A stretch of 64,000 nucleotides of DNA from the human T2T-CHM13v2.0 reference genome, Homo sapiens. Shown piece after piece: positions 1 through 17,925 of this stretch (the first letter of the stretch is position 1; each line of letters begins with the position of its first letter). The stretch lies in NCBI RefSeq assembly GCF_009914755.1, contig NC_060927.1. One strand, given 5' to 3'. The notes under the pieces are model-generated. The model was given only the letters and a program-made list of their open reading frames with translations, had not been told where the DNA came from and made no database searches. The position numbers and the translations under genes are program-made.

Positions 1-471
1 CTTTTTTTACTTTCCATACATATTCTGCTTATGTATCAGTAAACTTTTATGCTTAACAAGACTGACAAATATCAACGCATATTTATGTATATCTATGTAT
101 ATAGCATGCTAACAGTAGCTATATGAAAGCAAAACATTAAACTCATACCAAAAAATGAACAAGCTTTTAATCATATTAAAAAATGTACAGGAATAAAACT
201 ATTGCTTTTACAAAGATCAAGATCATCAACTGCCAATCCCCGTTATAAGATTACTATATCCAAGGCAAGTCTACAACGGCACAGTGTCCTCTAACTACTA
301 AAGAAAAAGAGAAATTTGTGAAGAAAGGGAAAAAAAAAAAACTTCACAAAAAGAATGGCAGCAAAACTCCTCTAATCAGAAGCTTCCTTTCTTCAAGGGT
401 GTGCCGTTAAAGGGCAGCCAAGACAACCAGGACCCTCAATCCTAGGGAGAAAAGCACTGAAAGAACCTCAC

Positions 472-651
472 CAAGTTCACCAGACGACGAAGACCATCAT
501 AGCGGTCAAAGAGCTCCAAGACGGCCCGAAATGAGAAGCAAATTGAAAAAAACATGGTAGCATGGCAGCATCCTGAAGCATGAGAACACTCCATTAACCA
601 CAGGGTATAGTTCACCACATCAGACAGAACATTGTGGGGATGCATGCAAAC
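472..651 (-). CDS. DCAF1: DCAF1 coding exon 9, aa 430-489 (180 nt)
   Basis: Within ORF 442..657; acceptor TTGCAG|GTT; [13 protein letters not shown]...DGLRRLVNL; donor TTG|GTGAGG. Confidence 0.97.
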
Positions 652-1851
652 CTGCAAAAAAATACAAATAAAACAATGCTTTTAAATTGTGGGCAAAGGA
701 GCCCTTGAACAGGATGGAAAATTTGCCAGTATAGATATCTGCAGAATACAATGACCATCTCCAATCAAGTCACTCTTAGTACAAAGTTTAGGTAATAATA
801 CAAAGGCAATTTTAGAACACGATCCATTCCAAACCTGAAAACGACCTAAATTTAGATAAATATTTAAATACAACCTATACTTACTGAGTGCCAACAAATA
901 TTTACATCATTTAATGCTCACGAGGGCTCCATTATACAGGTATTAGGATTCTCACTTAAAAGAAGAGGAAGAGGTAAGGAACTTCTCCAATGTGATAAAA
1001 GTGGCTCAGATTTCTGATCCTAAGTCTAGGAGTTTGGTATTCATTCTCTGGTTAATTCACACACATTTTGATGTCTACTATGGGTCAGAAAATGAAACTG
1101 TAAAGCATCCCCAGGTTTCCTTGATATTTTTTTCTCTATCTTAGCCATAAGTAATTTTGTATGTACACACATAGATTAGTTTATTACTCCCAAAAGACTA
1201 CCTATCTTGCATAAACACCAAAATAAAAACAAATTAAAACTGATATTATTAATAAGCAAAGATAAATAATGTCATAGCTCGAGAAGAAATTACCCATTTC
1301 ACTCTACCAGAAAAGACACCAAATAAGAATATTAGAAAAATGTCCCAGAAATAGAAGTAACAAGAGCTTTGCTTTCCTAGGGGATCACAGGAGCCCATCG
1401 CTTTTCAAATGTATAACCCACAGCCTGGGCAAAATGGCAAAACCCTGCCTCTACAAAACACGCAAAAATTAGCCAGGTGTGGTGGTGTGCCCTTGTTGTC
1501 CCAGCTACTTGCGAGGATGGTTTGAACCCAGGAGGCCGAGGCTGCAGTGAGCCAAGATCATGCCACTGGACTCCAGCATAGGCGACAGAGCCAGACCCTG
1601 CCTCAAAACAAAAACAAAAACAAAAAACCACATACGTATGTGTAACCCATTTACACTTTTTAAAAAATCACAAGGCCAGGCACGGTGGCTTATGACTGTA
1701 ATCCCAGTACTTTGGGAGGCTGAGGCGGGTGGATCACTTGAGGTCAGGAGTTCAGGACCAGCCTAGCCAACATGGTAAAACCCCGTCTCTACTGAAAAAA
1801 AAAAAAAATTAGCCAGGCATGGTGGCACGTGCCTGTGATCCCAGCTATTCA

Positions 1852-1977
<126 letters not shown>

Positions 1978-2139
1978 TTATATATGAAAGAGTCTTAACT
2001 ACAAAAACAGTAGAACCAAATGGAAAACCTCTCTGCAGCCCTAGGAACAGTTGGGATGGTTTTATTATCTCCATAACAAACTATTTGTTAATACAAAACA
2101 AGCATCAGCTGAGTGTGGTAGCCCATGCCTATAATCTCA

Positions 2140-2373
<234 letters not shown>

Positions 2374-2446
2374 CTACAGCCTACAGCCTGGACAACAGAG
2401 CGAGACCCTGTCATTAGAAAAAAAAAAGGCCGGGCATGGTGGCTCA

Positions 2447-2818
<372 letters not shown>

Positions 2819-2918
2819 CTAAAAATACACAAACATATACACCCCTATATACGATATAAACGTGTGTGTGAATGAATCAGTGAGAGACTAGGTCTGTTGT
2901 GTGTTTTTTTTTTTTTAA

Positions 2919-3294
<376 letters not shown>

Positions 3295-3544
3295 TAAAGC
3301 TCCCAGACTCCAATCCACCCAGCATTTTCCCAGAAGAGTCAGAAAAAAATAGAACCATTTCTAAACAATTTTACATTTTTAGAATGCTTTATAAAGACTA
3401 GACTTTCATGTTCCTTGTTTCATTAAAATTTATTCCTTCAACTACTGTTTTTTTCTTATCCAAAAGTCATTCTGCGAATGTGATCTTTTAAAGAGGTTAT
3501 CCCCAACCTAATCTCATCCCCACAAACCTGTATAGATGACTTAC

Positions 3545-3703
3545 TCTTTCCATGGCATCCTGATTGTAGGATAGGTAATACAAACACATAGACACACCGG
3601 TTGCAGCCATAGAAGGACGAGGTATTTCCAGTAATTTCTGTACTCCACCATGCGCAACAAATTCTGTGGCAAATTTGTTATGGAGCAGGAGAGATGCTAG
3701 GTG
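3545..3703 (-). CDS. DCAF1: DCAF1 coding exon 8, aa 377-429 (159 nt)
   Basis: Acceptor TTTTTAG|CAC; [53 protein letters not shown]; donor AGA|GTAAGT. Confidence 0.97.
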
Positions 3704-3919
3704 CTAAAAAATGAGGACACAAATTACCACAAAATAATCTAGAAAATTAACAAAATCTCTTGACCTAATATTCAGTTAAGCTGTTAAATACAAAAGCCCT
3801 CTAAGGAGACAACCAACCCCTCACAAAAGAAAACCCAGTATTATTTAAAGTAAATAAAAAGACTAAGATTCCTTAACATTCCTCTTTTCTTTCCTAACAC
3901 CAGGAAATTTTTTTTTTGA

Positions 3920-4120
<201 letters not shown>

Positions 4121-4212
4121 TGAACTCCTGACCTCAGGTGATCCGCCCACCTGTGCCTCCTAAAGTGCTGGGATTACAGGCGTGAGCCACCATGCCCAGC
4201 CTGATTTTTTTA

Positions 4213-4588
<376 letters not shown>

Positions 4589-4890
4589 CTAGTACTTTGA
4601 GAGGCCAAGGTGAAAAGACTGCTTGAAGCCAGGAGTTCAGGGCCAGCCTGGACAACATAGCACAACCCCATCTCCACAAAAAATTTAAAAATTAACCAAA
4701 TGCAGTGGCGCATGCCTGTAGTCCCAGTTACTCAGGACGGTGAGGTAAGAGGATCGCTTGAGCCGGGGAGTTCAAGGCTGTAGTGAGCTAGGATCAATTG
4801 CACCACTGCACTCCAGCCTGGGTGACAAAGTAAGACCCTGTCAGTCAATCAGACAATCAGTAACCCTACAACCATTTTACTATTACATAT

Positions 4891-4966
4891 TTAGGTTGGT
4901 GAAAAACTGCAGTTTTTGCCTTTGAAAGCAATAGCAAAAACCGCAATTACTTTTGCACCAACTTAA
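4891..4966. mobile_element. MADE1 (Hsmar1-derived mariner MITE), near-palindromic
   Basis: TTAGGTTGGTGAAAAACTGCAGTTTTTGCC...GCAAAAACCGCAATTACTTTTGCACCAACTTAA followed by TA; the left TIR has a small deletion. Confidence 0.9.
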
Positions 4967-6390
4967 TAGCTTCCCTAATGGACTTTTGCTAACTTTCCCA
5001 TTTTAATCCTTTTAATATAAATAGCTCTATATCCTAGCTTTTGCTCAGTGAGTCATCAACTAATGAATTCCCAAAATCTGCCTTCCTTTAAATTGATCAA
5101 TATATCCCCAAAAGAAGAATCTTGAGCAAAGTATCTAAACAAGTATATTTTTAGAACTAACCACGTGCATTTTAAATAGATGTCTTAAAGTTTTTTTATT
5201 TTTTAAGGTTTTTTAACTGCCTGTTCAAGTCCCACTAGCCTCTCTGGGTGGAGATCTCCTGCACAATGTTATGGGCAAAGAGTATAATCCAAGCAGCAGG
5301 CTGCTTGATGACTCTGAACCTAGGCCAACATAGACAGGGCCTTGGGAAAGCTAGAGCTCCCCCTACTGTTTCCCATGCCAAGGTGTCTTCCAGGTACCAA
5401 CAACATAGATTTGTAATTACATGATATGATATCTGCACAAATCTCACCAAGGTCAATGGAAAAAACAGGGATGTGCCCTCTTCAAAAGTTCTCTCAATAA
5501 CCAGGCTCAGGCTAACCCTTATATATAATTCAAATCCCTTCTATCATTAACCTACTTTTTGTTTGTTACACAACACTCTACCACACTTCCACCCACTCCT
5601 TCTCCCAAGATGCAGCTAAACTGTGTGACACCCATTATAATTCTCCACACAAAAACCTTTAAAAATAGCAACTGCCCAATCCCTTCTTCCACTGCACCTT
5701 GTTCAGGACCAGAAATTGCAACTGAAAGCAATATCCTTGGGCCACTGGAGACAACTTTGACCTCCAGCTTCATCCCACTGTGCAAAGTATAACCATGAGC
5801 TTACACACTTTATATATACACACACACCAAATCCCACATGTAGAGACACGTTACTCTAATTACATCTGACCTCCTCCAAACTTGAAATTTCTGAAAGTTG
5901 AAAGGCAAATTTCCTCATTTCTATTCCATTTCAAAATACTTTGGAACTGTACTACTTTGGCCAACATTGTGAAACCTAGCCTCTACTAATAACACAAAAA
6001 TTAGCCGGCCATGGTGGCACACGCCTATAATCCCAGCTACTCAGGAGGCTGAAGCAGAATAATCACTTGAACCCGGGAGGCCAGGGTTGCAGTGAGCAGA
6101 GATCATGCCACTGCACTCCAGCCTGGGTAACAAGAGCGAAACTCTGTCTCAAAAAAAAAAAAAAAAATTATAGGTTTATATGTCTGTCTTTCTTAACAAA
6201 CCGTAAGTGACAAAGACTTGATTTATTTATTCACTGGCCTCCTTGTATCCCTCGTACCTGAACATAAGTATCTGGCCCATAAAAAACACTCAATAAATGT
6301 TCAGCAAAGAACAAAGACAAAAATAAAGTTGCCAAGTGGTAGTAAAATAAGCAGTTCGGCAAAGGGAAGATGATTAAAGAAAAAGCAAGG

Positions 6391-7730
<1,340 letters not shown>

Positions 7731-8093
7731 GAAAGAAAGAGCAAGAAGACCCCAAACTCAGTAAAGGGAAATTATTTCCTGGGTTGCAAAGGGGCTGAAC
7801 ATGGGAGGGCAAGTAAGACTAACCCACAAGATCCCCACTTATCCATGATGACTAAGCTGATCTGAATGGAGCAATGTAGTTGAATGAATAACAATGTGGC
7901 TATCATACAGTTCTCAACAGGTAACTACTGAGAGATGAGGTCATTAAAATTACTTTTTTATAAAATGTATAACAGGGGGCTGGGCACAGTTGCTCACATC
8001 TGTAATCCCAGCACTTTGGGAGGGTGGCAGATGGAAAGCTTGAGCCCAGGAGTTCGAGAGTAGCTTGGGCATTATAATGAAACCCGGTCTCTA

Positions 8094-8315
<222 letters not shown>

Positions 8316-9017
8316 TCACTACGCCAGAAAAAAAAGAAAAAAGAAAAAAGAAAAAGAAAGAAAACACTGTAACAATCCTGGAAACCCAAACAAAAGTAAT
8401 ATTCAGTCTCACTTATAACAAAGTAACTTATCATCTTTGTGTTCCATTCAAATCTTGGCTAATTTTATACCTGTTATATGTTCATCTTAAAATTTTACTT
8501 ATTACATATTCATTCATTCTTTTCTGACTTCTGCATGCCCAAAATTTCCCTGAAAGTTTGGTGTGGTTATGCATTTTTTTTTAACTGTAATTTCATTTTA
8601 AAATTAAACTTTAGCCCAGCAGGGTAACTTCAGTTTTTCATGAAAATCCTTATTTCCATGGTTCAAGAAACAAATATTAAGAGAATTCATTCACTTACTA
8701 AGTGACTACTATTTGTTGATTGCTTACGATATACCAGTCCCTGTTCTAAGCAGTAGAAATACAAAGAAAATAACCTCAAAATTATATGCAAAGATGTTCA
8801 CTGTAACGTCCTTTGTAACAAAAAAATAAAACGGCATAGGTATCTCACAAAACTAAAATAAGAAAATTACAGAGCATCTAATTTGTATAGAACAACCATA
8901 TAGCTACATGTAAACATTCTTAGGATACAAGTGAAGTTGAATTGTAAAGTCTAGCTAACAATTATTTTCAAAGCAACTGTGTCTATTAATAAAGATTAGA
9001 ATGAAGCACAAAAATAA

Positions 9018-9382
<365 letters not shown>

Positions 9383-9906
9383 TAATTTTAATGACCTCAT
9401 CTCTCAACAGTTACCTATTGAGGAGAACTGTATGACAGCTACATTGTTATTCATTCAACTATCTCTCTCCATTCAGATCAGCTTAGTCACCTTGAATTAA
9501 GTGTGGACCTTGTGAATTAGACTTACTTGCCCTCCTATGTTTAGCCCCTGTGAAACCTTTACTGAGTTGAAGGGTCTGCCTGTTTTGTTTTTTTCAGAGA
9601 CAGAGTCTCACCCTGTCGCTCAGGCTCACCCTAGTGATCTTAGCTCACTGCAACCTCCGCCTCCCGGGTTCAAGTGATTCTCATGCCTCAGCCTCCTGAG
9701 TAGCTGGGATTACAGGTGCAAGATACCACGCCAGGCTAATTTTTGTATTTTTTGTAGAGACCAGGTCTCCCATGTTGACTAAGCTGGTCTCAAACTCCTG
9801 GGCTCAAGCTATCCTCCTGCCTCAGCCTCCCAAAGTCCTGGGATTACAGGCGTGAGCTAACGTGCCTGGCCTGTCTGCTATTTCTATTTTTTTTTTTTTT
9901 TTTTGA

Positions 9907-10014
<108 letters not shown>

Positions 10015-11070
10015 TAGCTAGGATTACAGGTACCTGCCATCATGCCCAGCTAATTCTGTCTGCTATTTCATTACTCATTTTCTGGTTTCTATTTTGTTAA
10101 TCCTAGGTAATTTTACATTATACAATATGTACATAGTTTAAAAAATTTTTTTGTGGCCAGGCGTGATGGCTCACTCCTGTAATCCCTACATTCTGGGGGG
10201 CTGAGGCGAGTGGTTCACTTGAGGTCAGGAGTTTGAGACCAGCCTGGCCAACATGGTGAAACCCTATCTCTACTAAAAATACAAAAAATTAGCCAGGCAT
10301 GGTGGCGGGCACCTGTAATCCCAGCTACTCAGGAGGCTGAGGCAGGAGAATTGCTTGACCCAGGAAGCGGAGGTTCCAGTGAGCAGAAATCACACCACTG
10401 CACTCCAGCCTGGGCAACAGAGCGAGACTCCATCTCAAAAAAGAAAAAAAGAAAAAATTGTTGTTAGCTGATACAGGTAATATCTAAAAAGTAGGGCATA
10501 AGCAAGCACTATTTCATAGTTTTTCCTCTCCTATTCAGCAACAACTGAGGCCACCCCATGTCTAGATTCACTTTTTATCTCAACGTTCAGCCTTTTAGAT
10601 TAACACCTAAGTTTCTGTAGAGATAGTAAGCCTCCTCTCTTCTATCTAAACAAGAATGTTTTGATTGTTACTATTCTGATGCATCTGGCTATAGAAATAA
10701 CTTGAGCAATAAAATGCAGAGAAATTACATGCTAAAACACACAGGCACATCTCTGTCAATAAAATGCTCAGTGACACAGGGTATGGTGGCTCATACCTAT
10801 AATCCTAGTACTTTGGGAGGCCAAAGCAGAAGGATTGCTTCAGTCCAGTTTAAGACCAGCCTGGGCAACATAGCAAGACTATCTCTATAAAAATTTTTTT
10901 TAAATTAGCTAAGCATGGTGGCATGCACTTGTCTCAGCTACTCAGGAGGCTGAGGTAGGATTGCTTGGGCCTAGGAGTTCAAAGCCACAGTGAGCTATGA
11001 TCACCCCATTGCACTCCAGCCTGGGTGACAGAGTGAGACCTATCTCTAAAAATAAATAAGTAAAGCTTCA

Positions 11071-11373
<303 letters not shown>

Positions 11374-11414
11374 TTAAAAAATCCCCGGTGACCCAATATT
11401 TTTAAGAACTTTAC

Positions 11415-11516
11415 CTTTAGTGCCTCAAATGTAAGCAGGACATCATTAGTTTGCTTCAGGTCAATATAGAACATCATCAGCTCCCGTGATCCAAGTTGCA
11501 TGAATATGGGAAGTAG
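11415..11516 (-). CDS. DCAF1: DCAF1 coding exon 7, aa 343-376 (102 nt)
   Basis: Acceptor TTTCAG|CTA; LLPIFMQLGSRELMMFYIDLKQTNDVLLTFEALK; donor AAG|GTAAAG. Confidence 0.97.
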
Positions 11517-11829
11517 CTGAAATGAACACCAAATACAAGTCTTAAATTTTGGCTTTATTGTCATGTATTTCCTATTCCACTCTTTGAGGATAGAAGCCTA
11601 AAGAAATGATGCACCTCTTCCTCCCTCCCTGTGAAGATAAACGTGTAAATGCACTTTAATCAAATAGACCATATCAGGAATGACCTGCATAAGACTTGAA
11701 CAGTTTCATGCAAACCCTTGTTTGTGGTAGAGTTAGAATATATCTTTGTATAAAATACTACCATAAAATACCACAGAAATGAACACAATAATTCCTATGT
11801 GTGAACAGTACTCTTCCCAATAAGCTTAC

Positions 11830-12342
11830 CTCCTGATATTCTCCTAGAGGGGTCAAATATTGGAGAATGAGTCGCTGCTCGATAGCAGGAGTCATAGGAT
11901 AAAGGGTATAATTGGTGCCAATCACCCAGGGAGACATTTCTGACCAACTGCTATTAGACAGCTCAACAAACATGCGATCTGGATCAGAAGATGAGAAACC
12001 CAACTTTTGCTTGGCTTTCCTAAAGTTCTCTCTGTCACCCTGTTTTGCTGACTTGTTTTTCTTTAATCCTCCATCCTCAGGTTTGGTTGTTGAGTTCACT
12101 CTGCTACTAGTCTTGTGGCCTGAATCAAGATGAAAGGAGATCTCCATGTCTCCAGAAGCTTCCTCTTGGTCTCCATCCACTACATCTACAGCCATGTCAC
12201 CATAGTCCATATCCACAGCCTCCTCATCCAGAGGCAAAAGGGGTTCAGAAGAGAGCTTCCGTGGACTGGGACGCTTGTTTTCCTGCCGCAAAGCCACTTC
12301 CTGTAGCTGTAGCTCCCTCAGTCTTCGAAGCACTATTGCCAC
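11830..12342 (-). CDS. DCAF1: DCAF1 coding exon 6, aa 172-342 (513 nt)
   Basis: Matches ORF 11758..12342 (VAIVLRRLRELQ...PLGEYQE); acceptor GATAG|GTG, donor GAG|GTAAGC. Confidence 0.98.
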
Positions 12343-12607
12343 CTATCAACAGATAATTGGAGAAAAAGGGGGTGCCTCTTTATTAAGGATTAAGTAATCC
12401 TTAATAATTCTTATTTCCACATAATAACTGGAGACTCATGCAGTGAGCCCAACGCCTGTAATAGCAACAATTTGATAAATGCGTTGCTTTGATTCCTATA
12501 AGTTGATGAAATAAGTAACAGCTAAGTATTGTTCCTCATAAAATTTTCCAGAGAATCCAAACCAGAAGATTTGCACATAAAATACATCATTGACAACTGA
12601 TCTGTTT

Positions 12608-12622
12608 GGGTCAAGTTGACCT
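12608..12622. promoter_or_regulatory. Consensus estrogen response element motif (GGGTCA-agt-TGACCT)
   Basis: Perfect GGTCAnnnTGACC core at 12609-12621 in apparently non-repeat intron. Motif only; no binding evidence. Confidence 0.4.
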
Positions 12623-12923
12623 GGACCATCACACCTGAAGAGGCAGAAATTAGATATATTCATGATTTTTCTAATGTGTCTTTGAAAACCAAACATGAAA
12701 GTTTCTCAAACTTTTATCTACTGTAGGTTGTATTCCATTAGATATTGCCATGTATATTATACATAACTACATTATCATTTTTCAAGTTCTTTTTTAAGTA
12801 CATACTTTTTGGGCCAACGCTATAAAGTGGTACTGTGTTTCATTTTAAAGAGAGAGGGATGGCCAGGTGCGGTAGCTCACGCCTGTAATCCCAGTAATTT
12901 GGGAGGCCAAGATGGACGAATCA

Positions 12924-13142
<219 letters not shown>

Positions 13143-13239
13143 TCAAAAAAAGAAAAAAAAAAGAGAGGGATTTTGTGTGCACTTTACTTTGAACTGCGTT
13201 TTTTAAATCAGAATAGTGGATAGATAAAAGGAAGGGCAC

Positions 13240-13525
13240 TTGGAAGCTGTTATCCTCAGCAAACTAATACAGGAAAAGAAAACTAAACACCGCATGCTCT
13301 CACTTATAAGTGGGAAATGAACGATAGGGACACACTGAGGGGAACAATACACACTGGGGCCTATCGAAGGGGAGTGGGAAGAGAAATCAGGAAGAATAGC
13401 TAATGGATGCTGGGCCTAATACTTAGGTGATGGGTTGATCTGTGCAGCAAATTACCATGGCACATGTTTACCTATGTAATAAACGTGCACATCCTGCAGA
13501 AGTACCCCAGAACTTAAAATAAAAT
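13240..13525 (+). mobile_element. 5'-truncated older L1PA 3' end
   Basis: ATCCTCAGCAAACTAA..CACCGCATGCTCTCACTTATAAGTGGG..ACTTAAAATAAAA; flanked by AAGGGCA direct repeats (about 13232 and 13548). Confidence 0.8.
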
Positions 13526-13928
13526 TTGATGGGGGGGAGGGAAAAAAAAGGGCAGATGGATGGATATTATAAGTGTTCACAATCAATTTAGGTGATGTAT
13601 ATATGTAGTTGTTCACTGTAAAATGCTTTCAATTTTACTACATGTTTGAAAATTTTCATAACACAAATGGTAGAAAGGGAAACAGGGAATGTTACTATTC
13701 TTTATTGGCATACAATGTCATCATCCTTGACAAGATTAAAAGTAGCTATTTTCTGCCAGACACGGTGGCTCACGCTTGTAATCCCAGCACTTTGGGAGGC
13801 CTAGGCAGGTGGATCATGAGGTCAGGAGTTCGAGACCAGCCCGACCAACATGGTGAAACCCTGTCTCTACTAAAAATACAAAAAATTAGCTGGGCATAGT
13901 AGTGGGAACCTGTAACCCCAGCTACTCA

Positions 13929-14048
<120 letters not shown>

Positions 14049-14210
14049 CTATTTTCAATTTTTAAAAACTCTTATGGAAACTAATATTGAAATTATAGCC
14101 ATGCTCCAGTACAAGATAATCAATATGATCTACTTATTCAGATTCAAGTAACAAGAACCTGTGAATACTCTCCCATTTTATATAAAAATTTATTCTAACA
14201 CAGTCCTTAC

Positions 14211-14348
14211 CAGCTGTGAATTTTCATCTCTATAGTTGGCAGCAATGTCTTGATTTTCCATAGCACCTCCTAACAGTCCAGTAGAATATGTCCTCAATGG
14301 TTGATCGGCCTCTCGGGCCCATTTGAAAAGATTCTCGACAATTCCCTC
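14211..14348 (-). CDS. DCAF1: DCAF1 coding exon 5, aa 126-171 (138 nt)
   Basis: Acceptor CTATAG|GAG (NAGNAG); EGIVENLFKWAREADQPLRTYSTGLLGGAMENQDIAANYRDENSQL; donor CTG|GTAAGG. Confidence 0.97.
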
Positions 14349-14775
14349 CTATAGTAAAGGAAATTAAATAGTACATTTCGGAAAAAGCCCAAGTTCATGA
14401 TTAACAATAAGCAAAGATTTCAGTCTCATGAAAAAAATTTTAATATTTCAATGTTCGTAAGAGTAAAAAAAGTACTACTACAGCATCCAATAGGTTCCTT
14501 AGTTATATAAAGTATCTGTGCAATAGAAGCCTATTCAGCCAATAAAACTCAAGCTATCTCTTTTAGGTCTTTGCAGTCAGAAAAAAATAATTAAAAAATA
14601 AACAAAACTCAAGCTAAAAATTAACAATCCCCAGAATATAGTCCTAATCTAGATGTTAACTCCCAAAAGGCTCCATGATCAACTGGGGATCACTGAAAGT
14701 ATCTCTCACAGAAGCTCACAAAGCACAGGTAATATATTAACGTTCTGAGAGGTGCTCCATCAAAGTAGTGTTTAA

Positions 14776-14919
<144 letters not shown>

Positions 14920-14962
14920 TGAATACCTTGGACTACAGGCATGTGCCACCACAGCCAGCTAA

Positions 14963-15121
<159 letters not shown>

Positions 15122-15132
15122 TGATTGATTGA

Positions 15133-15325
<193 letters not shown>

Positions 15326-15359
15326 TAGCCAGGATGGTCTCGATCTCCTGACCTCGTGA

Positions 15360-16652
<1,293 letters not shown>

Positions 16653-16960
16653 TGATCTTGAACTCCTGACCTCAGGGGATCTGCCCACCTCCCACTCAGC
16701 TCCCAAAGAGCTGGGATTACAGGTGTTAGCCACCGCACCCGGCCAAGTTCTTAATTTTCTTATAAGCTTACTTAAGGCTGGGAGCAGTGGCTCATGCCTG
16801 TAATCCTAATGCTTTGGGAGACCAATGCAGGAGGATTACTTGAAGTCAGGTGTTTGAAGTCAGGAGTTTGAAACCAGCCTAGGCAACGTAGCAAGACCCC
16901 ATCTCCACAAAAACAAAATTTAAAAATTAGCTGGGCGTGGTGGTGGACTCCTATAGTTCA

Positions 16961-17074
<114 letters not shown>

Positions 17075-17408
17075 CTAAAAAGAATAAAAATAAAAATAAA
17101 TTTAAAAATGAAAAAAAATACTGGCCGTGCACAGTGGCTCACACCTGTAATCCCAGAACTTTGGGAGGCCAAGGAGGGTGGATCACCTTGAGGACAGGAG
17201 TTCAAGACCAGCCTGGTCAACATGGTGAAACCCCCATCTTTACTAAAAATACAAAAATTAGCCAGCATGGTGGCAGGTGCCTGTAATCCCAGCTACTCAG
17301 AAGGCTGAGGCAGGAGAATCGCTGAGCCCGGAAGGTGGAGATTGCAGTGAGCTGAGATCACGCCACTGCGCTCCAGCCTGGCCAACAAGAACAAAACTTT
17401 GTCTCAAA

Positions 17409-17445
<37 letters not shown>
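17409..17445. repeat. (AAT)n microsatellite derived from an Alu tail
   Basis: Direct observation. Confidence 0.95.
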
Positions 17446-17448
<3 letters not shown>

Positions 17449-17553
17449 TGTTTTAAATATTTTTTAAAACCTCGTATTTTCTTTTTCTTAAAGTCTTCCA
17501 AAAAGTCATCAGCTCATTCTCCTATACATTACCAAAAGTTTTGACCATTTTTA

Positions 17554-17925
<372 letters not shown>

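Noticed and set aside
5290-5307. CAAGCAGC-AG-GCTGCTTG 8-bp palindrome
   Set aside because: A stem this short is expected by chance in 64 kb, and there is no supporting context.
11912-12133. 73-aa ORF opposite the large DCAF1 exon
   Set aside because: Shadow frame of real coding sequence.
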